64,000 nt of DNA, from NCBI GenBank assembly GCA_965228855.1, contig CBDDIJ010000003.1, positions 2,432,001-2,496,000 of the forward strand. The letters are read 5' to 3'. Positions 49,634-59,885 of the stretch are shown piece by piece. The translations under genes were made by a program, and so were the position numbers. Below the pieces are notes generated by a model. It was not told where the DNA came from, did no database searches, and saw only the letters and a list, made by a program, of their open reading frames with translations. Source of the DNA: Candidatus Obscuribacterales bacterium (lineage in GTDB: Bacteria > Cyanobacteriota > Vampirovibrionia > Obscuribacterales > Obscuribacteraceae). Position 1 is the first letter of the stretch; each line of letters opens with the position of its first letter.

Positions 49634-51562
49634 TTAAGATTGAACTTCAGCGTCGATGATGTCGTCGGCATCAGAGGCGGAACGAGAACCAGCGCTATTG
49701 CCGTTTGAAGCAGAAGGTCCGGCGCCGTTTCCAGCAGCAGCACCTGCTCCGACCGGTTGTCTCGACTGGATGTCTTGTTGAATCAGGACTTCCAATCCAC
49801 GCAGCTCGTTCATCAAGTTTTTGATCTCGTCTGCTTTCGGCTCCGGTGCGGCAGTCTTTTTGCGGATATCGGCAATCAGCGTTTCAGCTTTGGATTTGTT
49901 TCCATCACTGACGGCGTCGCCTGCTTCCTTGAGAGCTCGCTCCATGCCGTAGCACATCGAATCGGCTTCGTTTCTGAGTTCGATGTTCTCTTTGCGGACT
50001 TTGTCCTCTTCAGAATGGCTCTCGGCTTCACGAACGAGGCGATCGACATCATCTTTCGACAAGTTAGTCGAAGCGGTGATCGTGATCTTCTGTTCTTTAC
50101 CGGTGTTTTGATCTTTAGCAGAAACCGATACGATGCCGTTTGCGTCGATATCGAATGAAACTTCGATACGAGGCATACCTCTTTGTGCAGCCGCGATTCC
50201 GTCGAGACGGAAGTTGCCGAGCATTTTGTTATCGCGTGCCAGGGGTCTTTCACCTTGGAAAACGTAAACATCAACGCCAGGCTGATTATCTTCAGCCGTC
50301 GAGAAGATCTCGGATTTGTGGCACGGGATGGTTGTGTTTCGCTCCACCAGCTTGGTGAAGACACCACCCATGGTTTCAATACCGAGCGAGAGCGGGGTGA
50401 CGTCGAGCAGCACCACTTCTTTTACTTCACCAGCGAGAACGCCGGCCTGTACAGCAGCACCAATCGCGACGACCTCGTCCGGGTTCACGCTCTGGTTCGG
50501 TTCCTTACCGCCTGTGAGACTCTTAACGAGCTCTTTCACTGCCGGAATACGAGTCGAACCACCAACGAGAACGACCTCGTCGATTTGCTCATAGGTCAAT
50601 TCAGCATCTTTCATGGCTTGCTCTACCGGCTTGCGGCAGCGCTCGACCAGGTCATGCGTTAGTTCGTTGAACTGAGCTCTGGAAAGGCGCATATCGAGGT
50701 GTTTCGGACCAGTTTCATTAGCCGTGACAAATGGCAACGAAATTGTGGTCTCAGCAACCGACGAAAGTTCGATTTTTGCTTTTTCAGCCGCTTCGGTCAA
50801 ACGTTGCAAGGCTTGCGGGTCCTTGCGCAGGTCAATGCCGTCAGACTTTTTGAATTCATCGGCAATCCATTCGACAACTGCGTGGTCGAAGTCATCACCA
50901 CCCAGGTGGGTGTCGCCGGAAGTCGACTTAACTTCGAAAACCCCCTCGCCGACTTCGAGAATCGATACGTCGAATGTACCGCCACCAAGGTCGAATACGA
51001 GAATTGTTTCGTCGGCTTTCTTATCGAGCCCGTATGCAAGCGCTGCGGCTGTCGGTTCGTTGATGATCCGAAGTACATCCAGACCAGCAATCGCCCCGGC
51101 GTTTTTCGTCGCCTGTCTCTGTGAGTCGTTGAAGTAAGCCGGCACGGTGATGACAGCTGACTCGACCTTCTCACCCAGATACTTTTCGGCGTCTTCTTTG
51201 AGCTTGCGAAGAACCATTGCGGAGATTTCTTCCGGCGCATAGTCCTTGCCGCCGATGCTTACTTTGCAACTTTCGTCCGGTCCTTTAACGACACGATACG
51301 AGACTTTCGATCTTTCCGATTCGACTTCATCGTAACGGCGACCGATGAAACGCTTAATCGAATAAACCGTTTGTTGTGGGTTGACGACGGCCTGTCTTCT
51401 TGCCAATTGTCCAACCAGGCGCTCTCCGTTCTTGGAGAATGCGACCACGGACGGTGTGGTTCTTCCACCTTCAGCGTTGGCGATGACGGTCGGCTGTCCA
51501 CCTTCCATGACGGCGACTACCGAGTTTGTAGTACCCAAGTCAATTCCTACGGATTTTCCCAT
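49634..51562 (-). CDS. dnaK: Molecular chaperone DnaK
   Basis: [41 protein letters not shown]. Confidence 0.98.
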   Translation of the reverse strand: MGKSVGIDLGTTNSVVAVMEGGQPTVIANAEGGRTTPSVVAFSKNGERLVGQLARRQAVVNPQQTVYSIKRFIGRRYDEVESERSKVSYRVVKGPDESCKVSIGGKDYAPEEISAMVLRKLKEDAEKYLGEKVESAVITVPAYFNDSQRQATKNAGAIAGLDVLRIINEPTAAALAYGLDKKADETILVFDLGGGTFDVSILEVGEGVFEVKSTSGDTHLGGDDFDHAVVEWIADEFKKSDGIDLRKDPQALQRLTEAAEKAKIELSSVAETTISLPFVTANETGPKHLDMRLSRAQFNELTHDLVERCRKPVEQAMKDAELTYEQIDEVVLVGGSTRIPAVKELVKSLTGGKEPNQSVNPDEVVAIGAAVQAGVLAGEVKEVVLLDVTPLSLGIETMGGVFTKLVERNTTIPCHKSEIFSTAEDNQPGVDVYVFQGERPLARDNKMLGNFRLDGIAAAQRGMPRIEVSFDIDANGIVSVSAKDQNTGKEQKITITASTNLSKDDVDRLVREAESHSEEDKVRKENIELRNEADSMCYGMERALKEAGDAVSDGNKSKAETLIADIRKKTAAPEPKADEIKNLMNELRGLEVLIQQDIQSRQPVGAGAAAGNGAGPSASNGNSAGSRSASDADDIIDAEVQS

Positions 51563-51858
51563 GTATATTCGCCCCCTGTGCGATTCCTTACTAATTCCGG
51601 CTTCTGAAAAAAGCGGCAGCTATCTAGGCGCCAGCTTTGTCAGGAAGTCGGTGTTTTGAAGCGACTTAATATTCCTGCGAGTCAAAAATTGACGCACCTA
51701 ACTCTCAATGTATAAAACGCTCAAACGCATACCCCAAAACTCTATCTTTCCTTAATCATCTATTGCGCTAAAGTCGGGTTTGGCTAATACTTTCAGTTCC
51801 CACTGAAAACAACCCTTCAGCGGCGCCATAGCCTGATTATGCAAGGAAACCTTTATCG

Positions 51859-53259
51859 ATGCCCAAGTTGAAGTCAAAACAGTATACGAGTATGTCGAAC
51901 GCCTCTATGCTGGTCTGTTTGGCTCTTCAGCTGTTTCAACCAGCACTGGCTCAATATTCTTTACCTCAAGATCAGATGTCAATTCCGCCCGTTCAAGACG
52001 GAGGTCTCCCGATCACGAATCCGTCTCAGAATGGATTGGTACCGGGTGCAGTTCCACAATCGCAGAACGGTGCCGCGCCGGGTGCGGTTCCTCAAACCCA
52101 GGACGGCGCCCCTCCAATTACTCTTCCGCCTCTCGATCCTGCTCCGGTTCCGATTCCCGATGCCGATTCGCAGCCCCAGGGAGCACAGATACCTAGCAAC
52201 GGCGCGCCCAACGTTCCCCTCTATGTCGGGCCGGACCTGACAGAGCGACTCATGTTGCGCAAAGGCATGCAGATTGTTTTTCCGATCAAGAATGGTTTAG
52301 ACACGAGATGGCAACTGATTGGAAACTACAACTTCGTTGCCGATATCGAATATAACGACCAACGCGGCTATAGATTCGACTGGAGAATGACTTCGCCTGC
52401 CAACGTACAGGGTCTACGTGCGGTCGAGCCGGAAGACATAAAAGATGCTTACAAGGTAAGCCTGTTCTATCCCGCGAATGAATCGCAGTCGCTGATTGGC
52501 TTTACGAGCATTGTCCGTGTTTCAGATTTTCTGTACCACAAACTTAAATCCGGACAGGTAGCTCAATTCGCTACCGATGGACCGGACAGTCCCGTAGTGA
52601 TGAAACGCGAGACACGCTCGGTCGCGCATGAAATTAGAGCAGAAGGAATCGATAAAGTCACTGTCGAGATCGACGGAGTGCACGTCCCCGTGCGAGCAAT
52701 CAAGGCGCGCACAGATGCCGGTTGGACATACTGGATATTGGACAATCCTCGCTTCCCGATTATGCTTGCTGGTACCGGTCCTTTCCAATGGGCGGATCTA
52801 AAATTTAGCAACACAGGAATTCTTCCAAAGGCAAACAAGAAATCACCTGGTGGCGCCGGCGGTGACCTCAACAAAGCTAAGCGCGAAGCTGACAATGTGA
52901 TCAAGCAGCTTAAATCCAAGGGACAAGCGACCTCTTATCTGATTTTGTTCGACTTTGATTCGGACAAATTGCGACCCCTGTCTCAGCAGATTCTGAATGA
53001 GTTATCCAAATATCTGCTGGAAAATCCTACTCTCAGATTGACAGTTGAAGGTCATACTTGCACGATAGGCGGCAAGGATTACAACTTAAAACTGTCTACG
53101 CGAAGAGCTAACAGTGTGAAGGATTACCTTGAACATTGCGGAGTGGCCGAGCATAAGCTAAAACCAATCGGTTACGGTTTCTCCAAACCGATTGCGACCA
53201 ACAAGACCGGTGCTGGTCGCGCGAAAAACAGACGCGTGGTGTTTACCGAAATCAAATAA
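51859..53259 (+). CDS. Secreted protein with Pro/Gln-rich linker and C-terminal OmpA-like peptidoglycan-binding domain
   Basis: Signal peptide; ILFDFDSDKL, VEGHT, NLKLSTRRANSV, GYG..KP, NRRV. Confidence 0.88.
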   Translation: MPKLKSKQYTSMSNASMLVCLALQLFQPALAQYSLPQDQMSIPPVQDGGLPITNPSQNGLVPGAVPQSQNGAAPGAVPQTQDGAPPITLPPLDPAPVPIPDADSQPQGAQIPSNGAPNVPLYVGPDLTERLMLRKGMQIVFPIKNGLDTRWQLIGNYNFVADIEYNDQRGYRFDWRMTSPANVQGLRAVEPEDIKDAYKVSLFYPANESQSLIGFTSIVRVSDFLYHKLKSGQVAQFATDGPDSPVVMKRETRSVAHEIRAEGIDKVTVEIDGVHVPVRAIKARTDAGWTYWILDNPRFPIMLAGTGPFQWADLKFSNTGILPKANKKSPGGAGGDLNKAKREADNVIKQLKSKGQATSYLILFDFDSDKLRPLSQQILNELSKYLLENPTLRLTVEGHTCTIGGKDYNLKLSTRRANSVKDYLEHCGVAEHKLKPIGYGFSKPIATNKTGAGRAKNRRVVFTEIK

Positions 53260-53456
53260 GCGGGTTCCTTGATCGCTGGAAAACGCCATCGCTGAAGTGA
53301 CATCGTCGAAACGGTCACCGTTTTTATTCACTTGCTTTCATGAATTCAGGGATGCGGAATTAATCTTTCGCATTCGTAGTTTCACCACTGACTTTACTTC
53401 TAAACAGATATCTAATAGAAGCCTGCAAAGCATTCCCGCTCAACCGTTTCTATCGA

Positions 53457-55325
53457 ATGTCACATACCAGCGACCTGCTCAACAGTAAGAAGGGCGAAAC
53501 CGCCATTCCCGCCGAAACCTTCGGTGCTAGTCTGACGGGCACGCACGAGGAGCGACAGGCGCTCTCACAATCTGTGATGTCGGAGATGAAACTCAACTCT
53601 CAGAAGGCCAGGAATGAAGAAACCCTGGTTACAAAAGTCGGTCGTGAATTAGATGTGATTGTCGGTGGTACAGTGTCAGGCACACTGGATCACGGCAAGA
53701 GCGCTCTGACCGATCCGGAAACGCTTGTGAAACTGGGAACCTCGGCGGTAATCGCTACTGGTCTGACTCTGGCTCAGGGCAAGAGAGGAGTACTGAAACT
53801 CTCGGCGCAGGTCGCCGGTCTGGCTATGGCCGGAGCATACGCGACCGATGTTTACGGTAAGGGCGAAGAGACCTGGGGCGTCATGAAGGACACATGGAAC
53901 ACTCCTGAAAACGCCACAAAAAATCGAGAACACATAAAGAATACGCTGGGGCCCTTCGTAGTGGATTTCGGCATTTATGGCGCGGGTGGTGCCCTCGGTA
54001 TCGGCGCTGGAAAGTATGGAGCCAACAAACTTTTCGGAGAGAACAAACTCGGCATCAGTCTCGCAGAGACAACGCCCGGCGTTCGACGCATGAATGCAAC
54101 AGTTGAACCAGGGACACTTACAGGCGAGAAAGTCGTTCCTCCTTTTAAACTCCAAAAAGAAAACGGTAACGCCACTGGTTCACGCTCCGCAGCCGAAGTA
54201 GCCAAACCCCAGCTAGTAGAAATTCCCGTAGTAGAGGGTCATACTCCCACAACCAAACCGTTTCCGGCAGACGCCCCTCTCGCCAAGCTCTACCAGAATG
54301 CGAAACAGGAAGTTGGAAAGATAGAAGTAATTTCTGTTGCCGGCAACGATATTTCGGCCCGCACCGCCAACGCCACCAGTCTTGGTGAAGGCAAACTTGT
54401 GACAAACTTCCACGTGGTTGAAAACGCTACCGATATCTATATCATGGATGCCGCCGGCAAATCGCACAAGGCTCACACAGTGGCGTACGATCAAACGGCG
54501 GATCTGGCAATCGTTCAACTATCCAGCAAAGAATCGTGGGGCGCTTTCAAAGCCGCAAATGTGAAGAATACTTCGAAGGTAAGCTCAGATGAGGGTGTGG
54601 TTGTTGCGGTTGGCCACTATGAAGGTTCGAACTCTCTTCATGCCTCGCCTGGTATCATTCCGCCCGAGTGGAGACAATCAGCGTTAGACTTCCGATTCAT
54701 GGGCTGCATTCGAGAGGGTAATTGTGGCGGTCCAGTCTACAACATGAAAGGAGAAGTACTCGGCATCGTGAAAGCCGGTCTGGACGGCACAAACGGAACA
54801 TCTGCCTATGCTTCTCCAACATGGCACTTCGACAGAATTCTAAAGAGTGGAACCAAGGTTGAAGCACCGCCTGTGGTGCCCTTCAAACAGCCTGCAACCA
54901 GGGAATTCAATGTTGAAAACATTCAGGCCGCAAAAGATAACATCGGCAGAATGTTCGGCAGCGCGCTCGAAGGTCCTCTACCAGCAGATTTCTTCCACTC
55001 GACTATCAAGCGGGTGCCAATTCACGTGGAAGGGAGTGCGCCGAAAGATTTGATCTTAAAAACTCAAATTACTCCAGCAACGAAGGAAGTTGTGATTGAG
55101 CCAATTGCATTTGGTGGCAAATCGCTCACAGCCGACACGCACTGGCCTGGAACCGAAATCCCGATGCTATCATCGCGCCTCAACTTACAATTCGACTCCA
55201 GACTTGCCGGCGCCCGCATGCGATCGGTAAACGATCCGCTCGGAGTTCTAAATCTCGGCTTTGCATTCCGCTCTGAAACGAGTTACCTGGCAGGACTAAA
55301 GCCAGTCTCTAAACCGGGTGGATGA
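53457..55325 (+). CDS. Trypsin-like (HtrA-type fold) peptidase-domain protein with Cys at the nucleophile position
   Basis: LVTNFHVV (H319), ADLAIVQL (D349), EGNCGGPVYNMKGEVLGI (C423); Gly-rich hydrophobic N-terminal half. Confidence 0.8.
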   Translation: MSHTSDLLNSKKGETAIPAETFGASLTGTHEERQALSQSVMSEMKLNSQKARNEETLVTKVGRELDVIVGGTVSGTLDHGKSALTDPETLVKLGTSAVIATGLTLAQGKRGVLKLSAQVAGLAMAGAYATDVYGKGEETWGVMKDTWNTPENATKNREHIKNTLGPFVVDFGIYGAGGALGIGAGKYGANKLFGENKLGISLAETTPGVRRMNATVEPGTLTGEKVVPPFKLQKENGNATGSRSAAEVAKPQLVEIPVVEGHTPTTKPFPADAPLAKLYQNAKQEVGKIEVISVAGNDISARTANATSLGEGKLVTNFHVVENATDIYIMDAAGKSHKAHTVAYDQTADLAIVQLSSKESWGAFKAANVKNTSKVSSDEGVVVAVGHYEGSNSLHASPGIIPPEWRQSALDFRFMGCIREGNCGGPVYNMKGEVLGIVKAGLDGTNGTSAYASPTWHFDRILKSGTKVEAPPVVPFKQPATREFNVENIQAAKDNIGRMFGSALEGPLPADFFHSTIKRVPIHVEGSAPKDLILKTQITPATKEVVIEPIAFGGKSLTADTHWPGTEIPMLSSRLNLQFDSRLAGARMRSVNDPLGVLNLGFAFRSETSYLAGLKPVSKPGG

Positions 55326-55452
55326 TGAAGTAGTGCTTGAGATTCGGTAGTTGAGACTCCTGATCTACGTCCTGAACTGCTTCTGTAAGTGCAGTGCAGT
55401 TGGGCACGTGGAAGAGACTACGAAGAGTGGGATCGGCAGAATGAGCGAACTT

Positions 55453-55929
55453 CTAAGCGCCCGAAAGCGGCGGAGGTCCTATCTCTCCTGGGGCTCCACC
55501 AACACCCTTAGTCATGCAGCACCATGCGTGCAATTCCTTCAAAGTCATTTTGCTATGAACGAGAAATTGCTCCAACACGAGCATGTCGGTACGCGAAATT
55601 TTCGTTTCACCGTCCTCTTCGTCTTGGGACAGATTGATGATCGTATCGAAATACTTCACGACGAGCCGCAACACTTCGTACTCTTCGCGACTGAAGGCTG
55701 ATGGATTCATCAGAGCGACCATTATTTCTTCGCGGCTGATACCATCACCATTCGGATCGAGTCTTTGAAAGTTCCTCTCGAGCAACTGCATGATGGTCTG
55801 TCCATCAAGCTGAGTATCATCTTCTTCAGCCAGCGGTGCCGCGAGTTCCTCCTGCTTGGTGCCGGTGAGGAGCCAGCGAATGTCCGCAAGTGCTTGTTGT
55901 GCTGCTTCTTCTCGTTTGTTTGATGACAT
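55453..55929 (-). CDS. EF-hand-like protein
   Basis: FQRLDPNGDGISREEI and a second degenerate loop DEEDGETKISRTD. Confidence 0.55.
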   Translation of the reverse strand: MSSNKREEAAQQALADIRWLLTGTKQEELAAPLAEEDDTQLDGQTIMQLLERNFQRLDPNGDGISREEIMVALMNPSAFSREEYEVLRLVVKYFDTIINLSQDEEDGETKISRTDMLVLEQFLVHSKMTLKELHAWCCMTKGVGGAPGEIGPPPLSGA

Positions 55930-56017
55930 ATCGAGCGCCGCAAATCTCCGCTAATCAGGATAATAACAGTCGCTTGTTACCAACTCAAGATCACCATATA
56001 TTTATGCCCAGATAACT

Positions 56018-56866
56018 CTACAGCCACACAGGCAGGCATCGCTGAAACTCAGAATTGATTAAATCTTCGTAGGTCATGCAGATAAAAAGCTCACGTTTTT
56101 CTCCGGGTAGCAGGCGCTGTAAGCCTCCTAGACGCCAAAGCACTACCATCTGTTCAGCCGCATCTACCAGGTGTTTGTAATGAGAATCAGCCCTTCTTGC
56201 CAGGTCGTACGAAATTCCGTTTGCGTGGAAAGCGGCAACTATCAGCGCCTCCCGAGCCTTCATGGATTCAACACCCAAAACCTGCTGGCAGTCGGCCATT
56301 CGCAGGTCAATTTTGTCTTTCCAACCTTGCAGCCAGGCTTCAACAGCGTCGCGCTCATCTGGCTCTATGTTAGCTGCCGCCGAATGTAAGAGCTCAGGAG
56401 GCACATACTCAAGTCGCTCGGGTTTTAGTTCATACGCCGAGTGCGGGTCAGCAAGCGCCTCCACAATCTCAGCCTCTAAATCTTCAGTTCTAAAAACCAG
56501 GCGATACCAACCCTGATCTTTCGCTTTGAAAGAGCGATAATCCCGACTTATAAACAACATCAACACACCGTGACGCGGGCAATTCTTCAATCCGCCCATG
56601 ATTCCGCCCATTTGCTCAAAATTGATTTGAGCCCAAAACTGCATCGCGTTTCGGTTCTTATCCAGCGGCCAATCGCCAGGATCACTGATCAGTGGCGCTC
56701 CACCGCACCGGCTGTCGGTGGCTGTGGTGGTGTCGGATTCGATTGCGTACTCCAGAGCCATTGTAGTGACTTCATTGAGCGCGAATGCCTCGAGGAGACG
56801 GTTGCGAGTGGTTTCGCTGAATTGGTTTAACTCATCCCTGTTTATCATGTTGATATGGTAGCGCAA
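56018..56866 (-). CDS. YwqG/DUF1963-like protein
   Basis: SRCGGAP...WP....MQFWAQIN...P..GVLMLFI. Confidence 0.7.
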   Translation of the reverse strand: MRYHINMINRDELNQFSETTRNRLLEAFALNEVTTMALEYAIESDTTTATDSRCGGAPLISDPGDWPLDKNRNAMQFWAQINFEQMGGIMGGLKNCPRHGVLMLFISRDYRSFKAKDQGWYRLVFRTEDLEAEIVEALADPHSAYELKPERLEYVPPELLHSAAANIEPDERDAVEAWLQGWKDKIDLRMADCQQVLGVESMKAREALIVAAFHANGISYDLARRADSHYKHLVDAAEQMVVLWRLGGLQRLLPGEKRELFICMTYEDLINSEFQRCLPVWL

Positions 56867-56919
56867 GCGTCGATCGACTACACTAAATTCAACATATTTT
56901 CGATTGCAAAACCAGGAGC

Positions 56920-57504
56920 TTGATTATGTATTCCGGGCGATTGGCATTAAGACTGGCACTGGGGCTATTGCTCGTTTCAGGAATCAATTGGGCAACTCGC
57001 TCAGAGGCGCAAGCTGCCGACGATAGGGTGAAACCGAAGGTCGAAATTCTAACCGTAACCAGCAAATCCATCAAAGAAGGGCAATCGGTTCCGAAGATTC
57101 ACACAGCTGACGGCAAGGACACTTCACCGGATTTATCCTGGACAAAGGCGCCCGCAACAGCACAGAGCGTCGCAGTCACATGCGAAGACCCGGATGCCCC
57201 GGGCGGTACCTGGTTTCACTGGATAGTGTTTAACTTGCCGGCGGCAACAAGCAACTTACCGGAAAACTTGCCAAAGAAGGAAACGCTTACAAACGGGGGC
57301 TCGCAGGGCAAGAACGATTTTGGAAAGCTTGGCTACAACGGTCCCTCACCGCCAAAGGGCGAGGAGCACCACTATAACTTCAAAGTTTTCGCGCTTGATA
57401 GAAAACTGGAACTCCCGCAAGCGGCAAACAAAAAGCAGTTCTACGAAGCGCTATCGGGTCACGTTGTAGGGCGCGGGAAGCTCACCGGGCTATACAAACG
57501 CTAG
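56920..57504 (+). CDS. YbhB/YbcL family (PEBP/RKIP-like) protein with signal peptide
   Basis: SPDLSW, DPDAPGGTWFHWIVFN, GYNGPSPP...HHYNF.VFALD. Confidence 0.92.
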   Translation: MIMYSGRLALRLALGLLLVSGINWATRSEAQAADDRVKPKVEILTVTSKSIKEGQSVPKIHTADGKDTSPDLSWTKAPATAQSVAVTCEDPDAPGGTWFHWIVFNLPAATSNLPENLPKKETLTNGGSQGKNDFGKLGYNGPSPPKGEEHHYNFKVFALDRKLELPQAANKKQFYEALSGHVVGRGKLTGLYKR

Positions 57505-57608
57505 CTACCCCATTAATAAAATGTTGCGGACAACGCCAGAGTTGGAAAACGGCGCTATACAAAGAATAGGACCGAGTAGAAATCGGTTTCGATCGGAGGG
57601 ATCACCAA

Positions 57609-58511
57609 GTGTGGACAATTGCTAAACGAGTAGGATTATTTTTGCTGCTCAACTTCCTTGTAGTCATGTCGATGTCAATCGTCATGCGCATCTTCGGAAT
57701 TGGTTATTACATCGAAGAGTACGGATTAAACTACACCAGCCTGGCGGTGTTTGCACTCGGCTACGGTATGGTCGGCTCGCTGATATCACTGGCGATGTCG
57801 AAGCAAATGGCTAAGTGGAGCTACAGAGTTCAAGTCATTGACCCGAACACATCCGATTATCAGCTTCGCGCGCTAGTCCAAATCGTTCATTCATTGAGTA
57901 AGCGAGTCGGCATTCAAAAGATGCCCGAGGTTGGAATCTATCAGTCAGATGACATCAATGCTTTCGCTACCGGAATGACGAAGAACAGCTCTCTGGTGGC
58001 TGTATCGACTGGCTTGCTGAATCACATGGATTCGGACGAAGTCGAGGCTGTTCTCGGTCACGAAATCAGTCACGTGGCCAACGGAGACATGGTGACAATG
58101 GCTCTGCTGCAGGGTGTAGTCAACGCGTTTTGTATTTTTCTCGCTCGTGCAATCGCATATGCCATCACGATGGGACGAGGAAATGACAATAACAACGGAA
58201 GTTCTTGGGCATACTGGTTGGTGAGCATGCTGCTTCAGACCGTATTCATGATATTCGGCTCGATACTGGTTGCCGCATTCTCTCGATATCGTGAGTATCG
58301 AGCAGATCACGGCGCGGCGAAATTAGCCGGCACAGAAAAAATGGTTCATGCACTCGAGAAGTTGCGCGCTCAGTTCGACAGGATTCAGCCTGTTACTGGT
58401 AATGCCAGTGCTTTGATGATTACGAACAAGCCTACCAACCTGATAGAGAACCTGTTTTCCACACACCCTCCACTAGAAAAACGAATCGAAAGATTGCGCT
58501 CGTCAAAATAG
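57609..58511 (+). CDS. htpX: Membrane zinc metalloprotease HtpX
   Basis: NAFATG, HEISHVANGDMVT (HExxH), SRYREYRAD, FSTHPPLEKRI. Confidence 0.95.
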   Translation: MWTIAKRVGLFLLLNFLVVMSMSIVMRIFGIGYYIEEYGLNYTSLAVFALGYGMVGSLISLAMSKQMAKWSYRVQVIDPNTSDYQLRALVQIVHSLSKRVGIQKMPEVGIYQSDDINAFATGMTKNSSLVAVSTGLLNHMDSDEVEAVLGHEISHVANGDMVTMALLQGVVNAFCIFLARAIAYAITMGRGNDNNNGSSWAYWLVSMLLQTVFMIFGSILVAAFSRYREYRADHGAAKLAGTEKMVHALEKLRAQFDRIQPVTGNASALMITNKPTNLIENLFSTHPPLEKRIERLRSSK

Positions 58512-58629
58512 AGCCACCACGGGTAATGCGCGAAATTGAACCGAGCGATAAAGCAGGTCGTGCCCGGCGCGACGCCGCAGAAGTTGGAAACAATGCACGG
58601 TAGATACCACTACCGAAGCCGAGCCGAGA

Positions 58630-58662
58630 ATGGGGGCTGTGCAAACAGTCCCCATCTCTTTT
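58630..58662 (+). terminator. Terminator after htpX
   Basis: ATGGGGGCTGT-GCAA-ACAGTCCCCAT stem with GNRA loop, then CTCTTTT. Confidence 0.7.
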
Positions 58663-58728
58663 CTGTGCTATCATCGAGCGACGTGAACCGACCGGGTCCA
58701 CGATTGAGAACTCGCGGAATCAGCTTCC

Positions 58729-59286
58729 ATGGCGGAAAAGCCTAAACATATTGCTCCAGCTATCATAGGCGCGCTTATCGCAGGCGTTATTGCAATGCCT
58801 ATCTCCAACTATTTCTTGAAGCGCCAACCAATCAAAGTAACAGGCGGAGTGCCAGAGTTCAAAGCGGTTTCACAAATATTGCAGAACAAATGCGCTGATT
58901 GCCACAGCCCCGGCATGCTTGTGGAGCCGATCTACGGAAATTTTCCTTTCGCCAAACAGCTGATTGCTGAAGACGTTGTAGCCGCACAGAAAGAAATCGT
59001 ATTCAGCCGGGAAAATTTGAGTGGTGAAAAGCCGTTTACCAGACAGCAGGCTGCTAAAATTCTCAACGTCGTGGAAAATAATGAGATGCCAATCGCTCCA
59101 TACAGATTGCTGCACTGGAACGCGATCTTGACGGAAGAGGATACGAATTCTGTAATACACTGGCTTGAAGCCCAGTTTCAGACCGGCGAAAAATCCCGGC
59201 AGCCGCAACAATCGGCAGACCAGATGCCGGGCGGAATTCAGGGATTCGATCCAAACAACACGCCAGGTCACAATCATTCTCACTAA
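58729..59286 (+). CDS. Haem-binding c-type cytochrome domain protein (Haem_bd-like)
   Basis: N-terminal TM; CADCHS; EMP..PY.LLHWNA.L typical of this domain. Confidence 0.8.
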   Translation: MAEKPKHIAPAIIGALIAGVIAMPISNYFLKRQPIKVTGGVPEFKAVSQILQNKCADCHSPGMLVEPIYGNFPFAKQLIAEDVVAAQKEIVFSRENLSGEKPFTRQQAAKILNVVENNEMPIAPYRLLHWNAILTEEDTNSVIHWLEAQFQTGEKSRQPQQSADQMPGGIQGFDPNNTPGHNHSH

Positions 59287-59289
59287 CCG

Positions 59290-59853
59290 ATGGGGGGTCC
59301 GATGCTCAAAAACTTTGACCGAGTGATACCACTCTTCTGCGCACTGCTCGTGCTCTCAGAAAGTGCTCTGGCTGCAGAGAACTGGGCGGATAAATCAACA
59401 TCGGTTTCGATCAAGGAATATTTCGAGTTGGTACTAGCTTCCAAGTTTCGGAATTTAAATCCGACGGAACCGGCAGAGGTTCACTTCGTGGCGGACTCAT
59501 CTCCAGAGAAGGCACTTTTGATTGTCGTCCGCTCAGTCGTGACACCAGACTTGGACCTGACAGATGATTCAAGCGAGAAGAAAGAGATAGTTTCGGAATT
59601 TAGAAACAATGTTTCGAAGCAATCGGATTCGTTTATCGCCTCATGCAAAAAACTATTCGGAGACCAATCGGTTGCAACTCGCTGGCCGAACGCCACAGTA
59701 GAGAAGAATGTAGCAATTCGGTTCGTCCGTTCTGATAATGCGAAGCAAACAGTTGCATTAATGGTCAACGGAAAAACGATATTCGAGCCGTCTCAAATAG
59801 CAGCTGAGTCGAAAGAGCTGATGAATCGGGCAGGCGATTACTGGTCGCAGTAG
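59290..59853 (+). CDS. Hypothetical secreted protein
   Basis: Signal-peptide-like N-terminus ending SALA. Confidence 0.6.
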   Translation: MGGPMLKNFDRVIPLFCALLVLSESALAAENWADKSTSVSIKEYFELVLASKFRNLNPTEPAEVHFVADSSPEKALLIVVRSVVTPDLDLTDDSSEKKEIVSEFRNNVSKQSDSFIASCKKLFGDQSVATRWPNATVEKNVAIRFVRSDNAKQTVALMVNGKTIFEPSQIAAESKELMNRAGDYWSQ

Positions 59854-59885
59854 AATAATACAGACATTTATTCAGGGAAGGCGCT

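Noticed and set aside
51660..51720. CIRCE or HAIR operator upstream of dnaK
   Set aside because: Only imperfect inverted repeats (GTCAA-AAA-TTGAC; TTGA...TCAA) with non-consensus sequence or spacing
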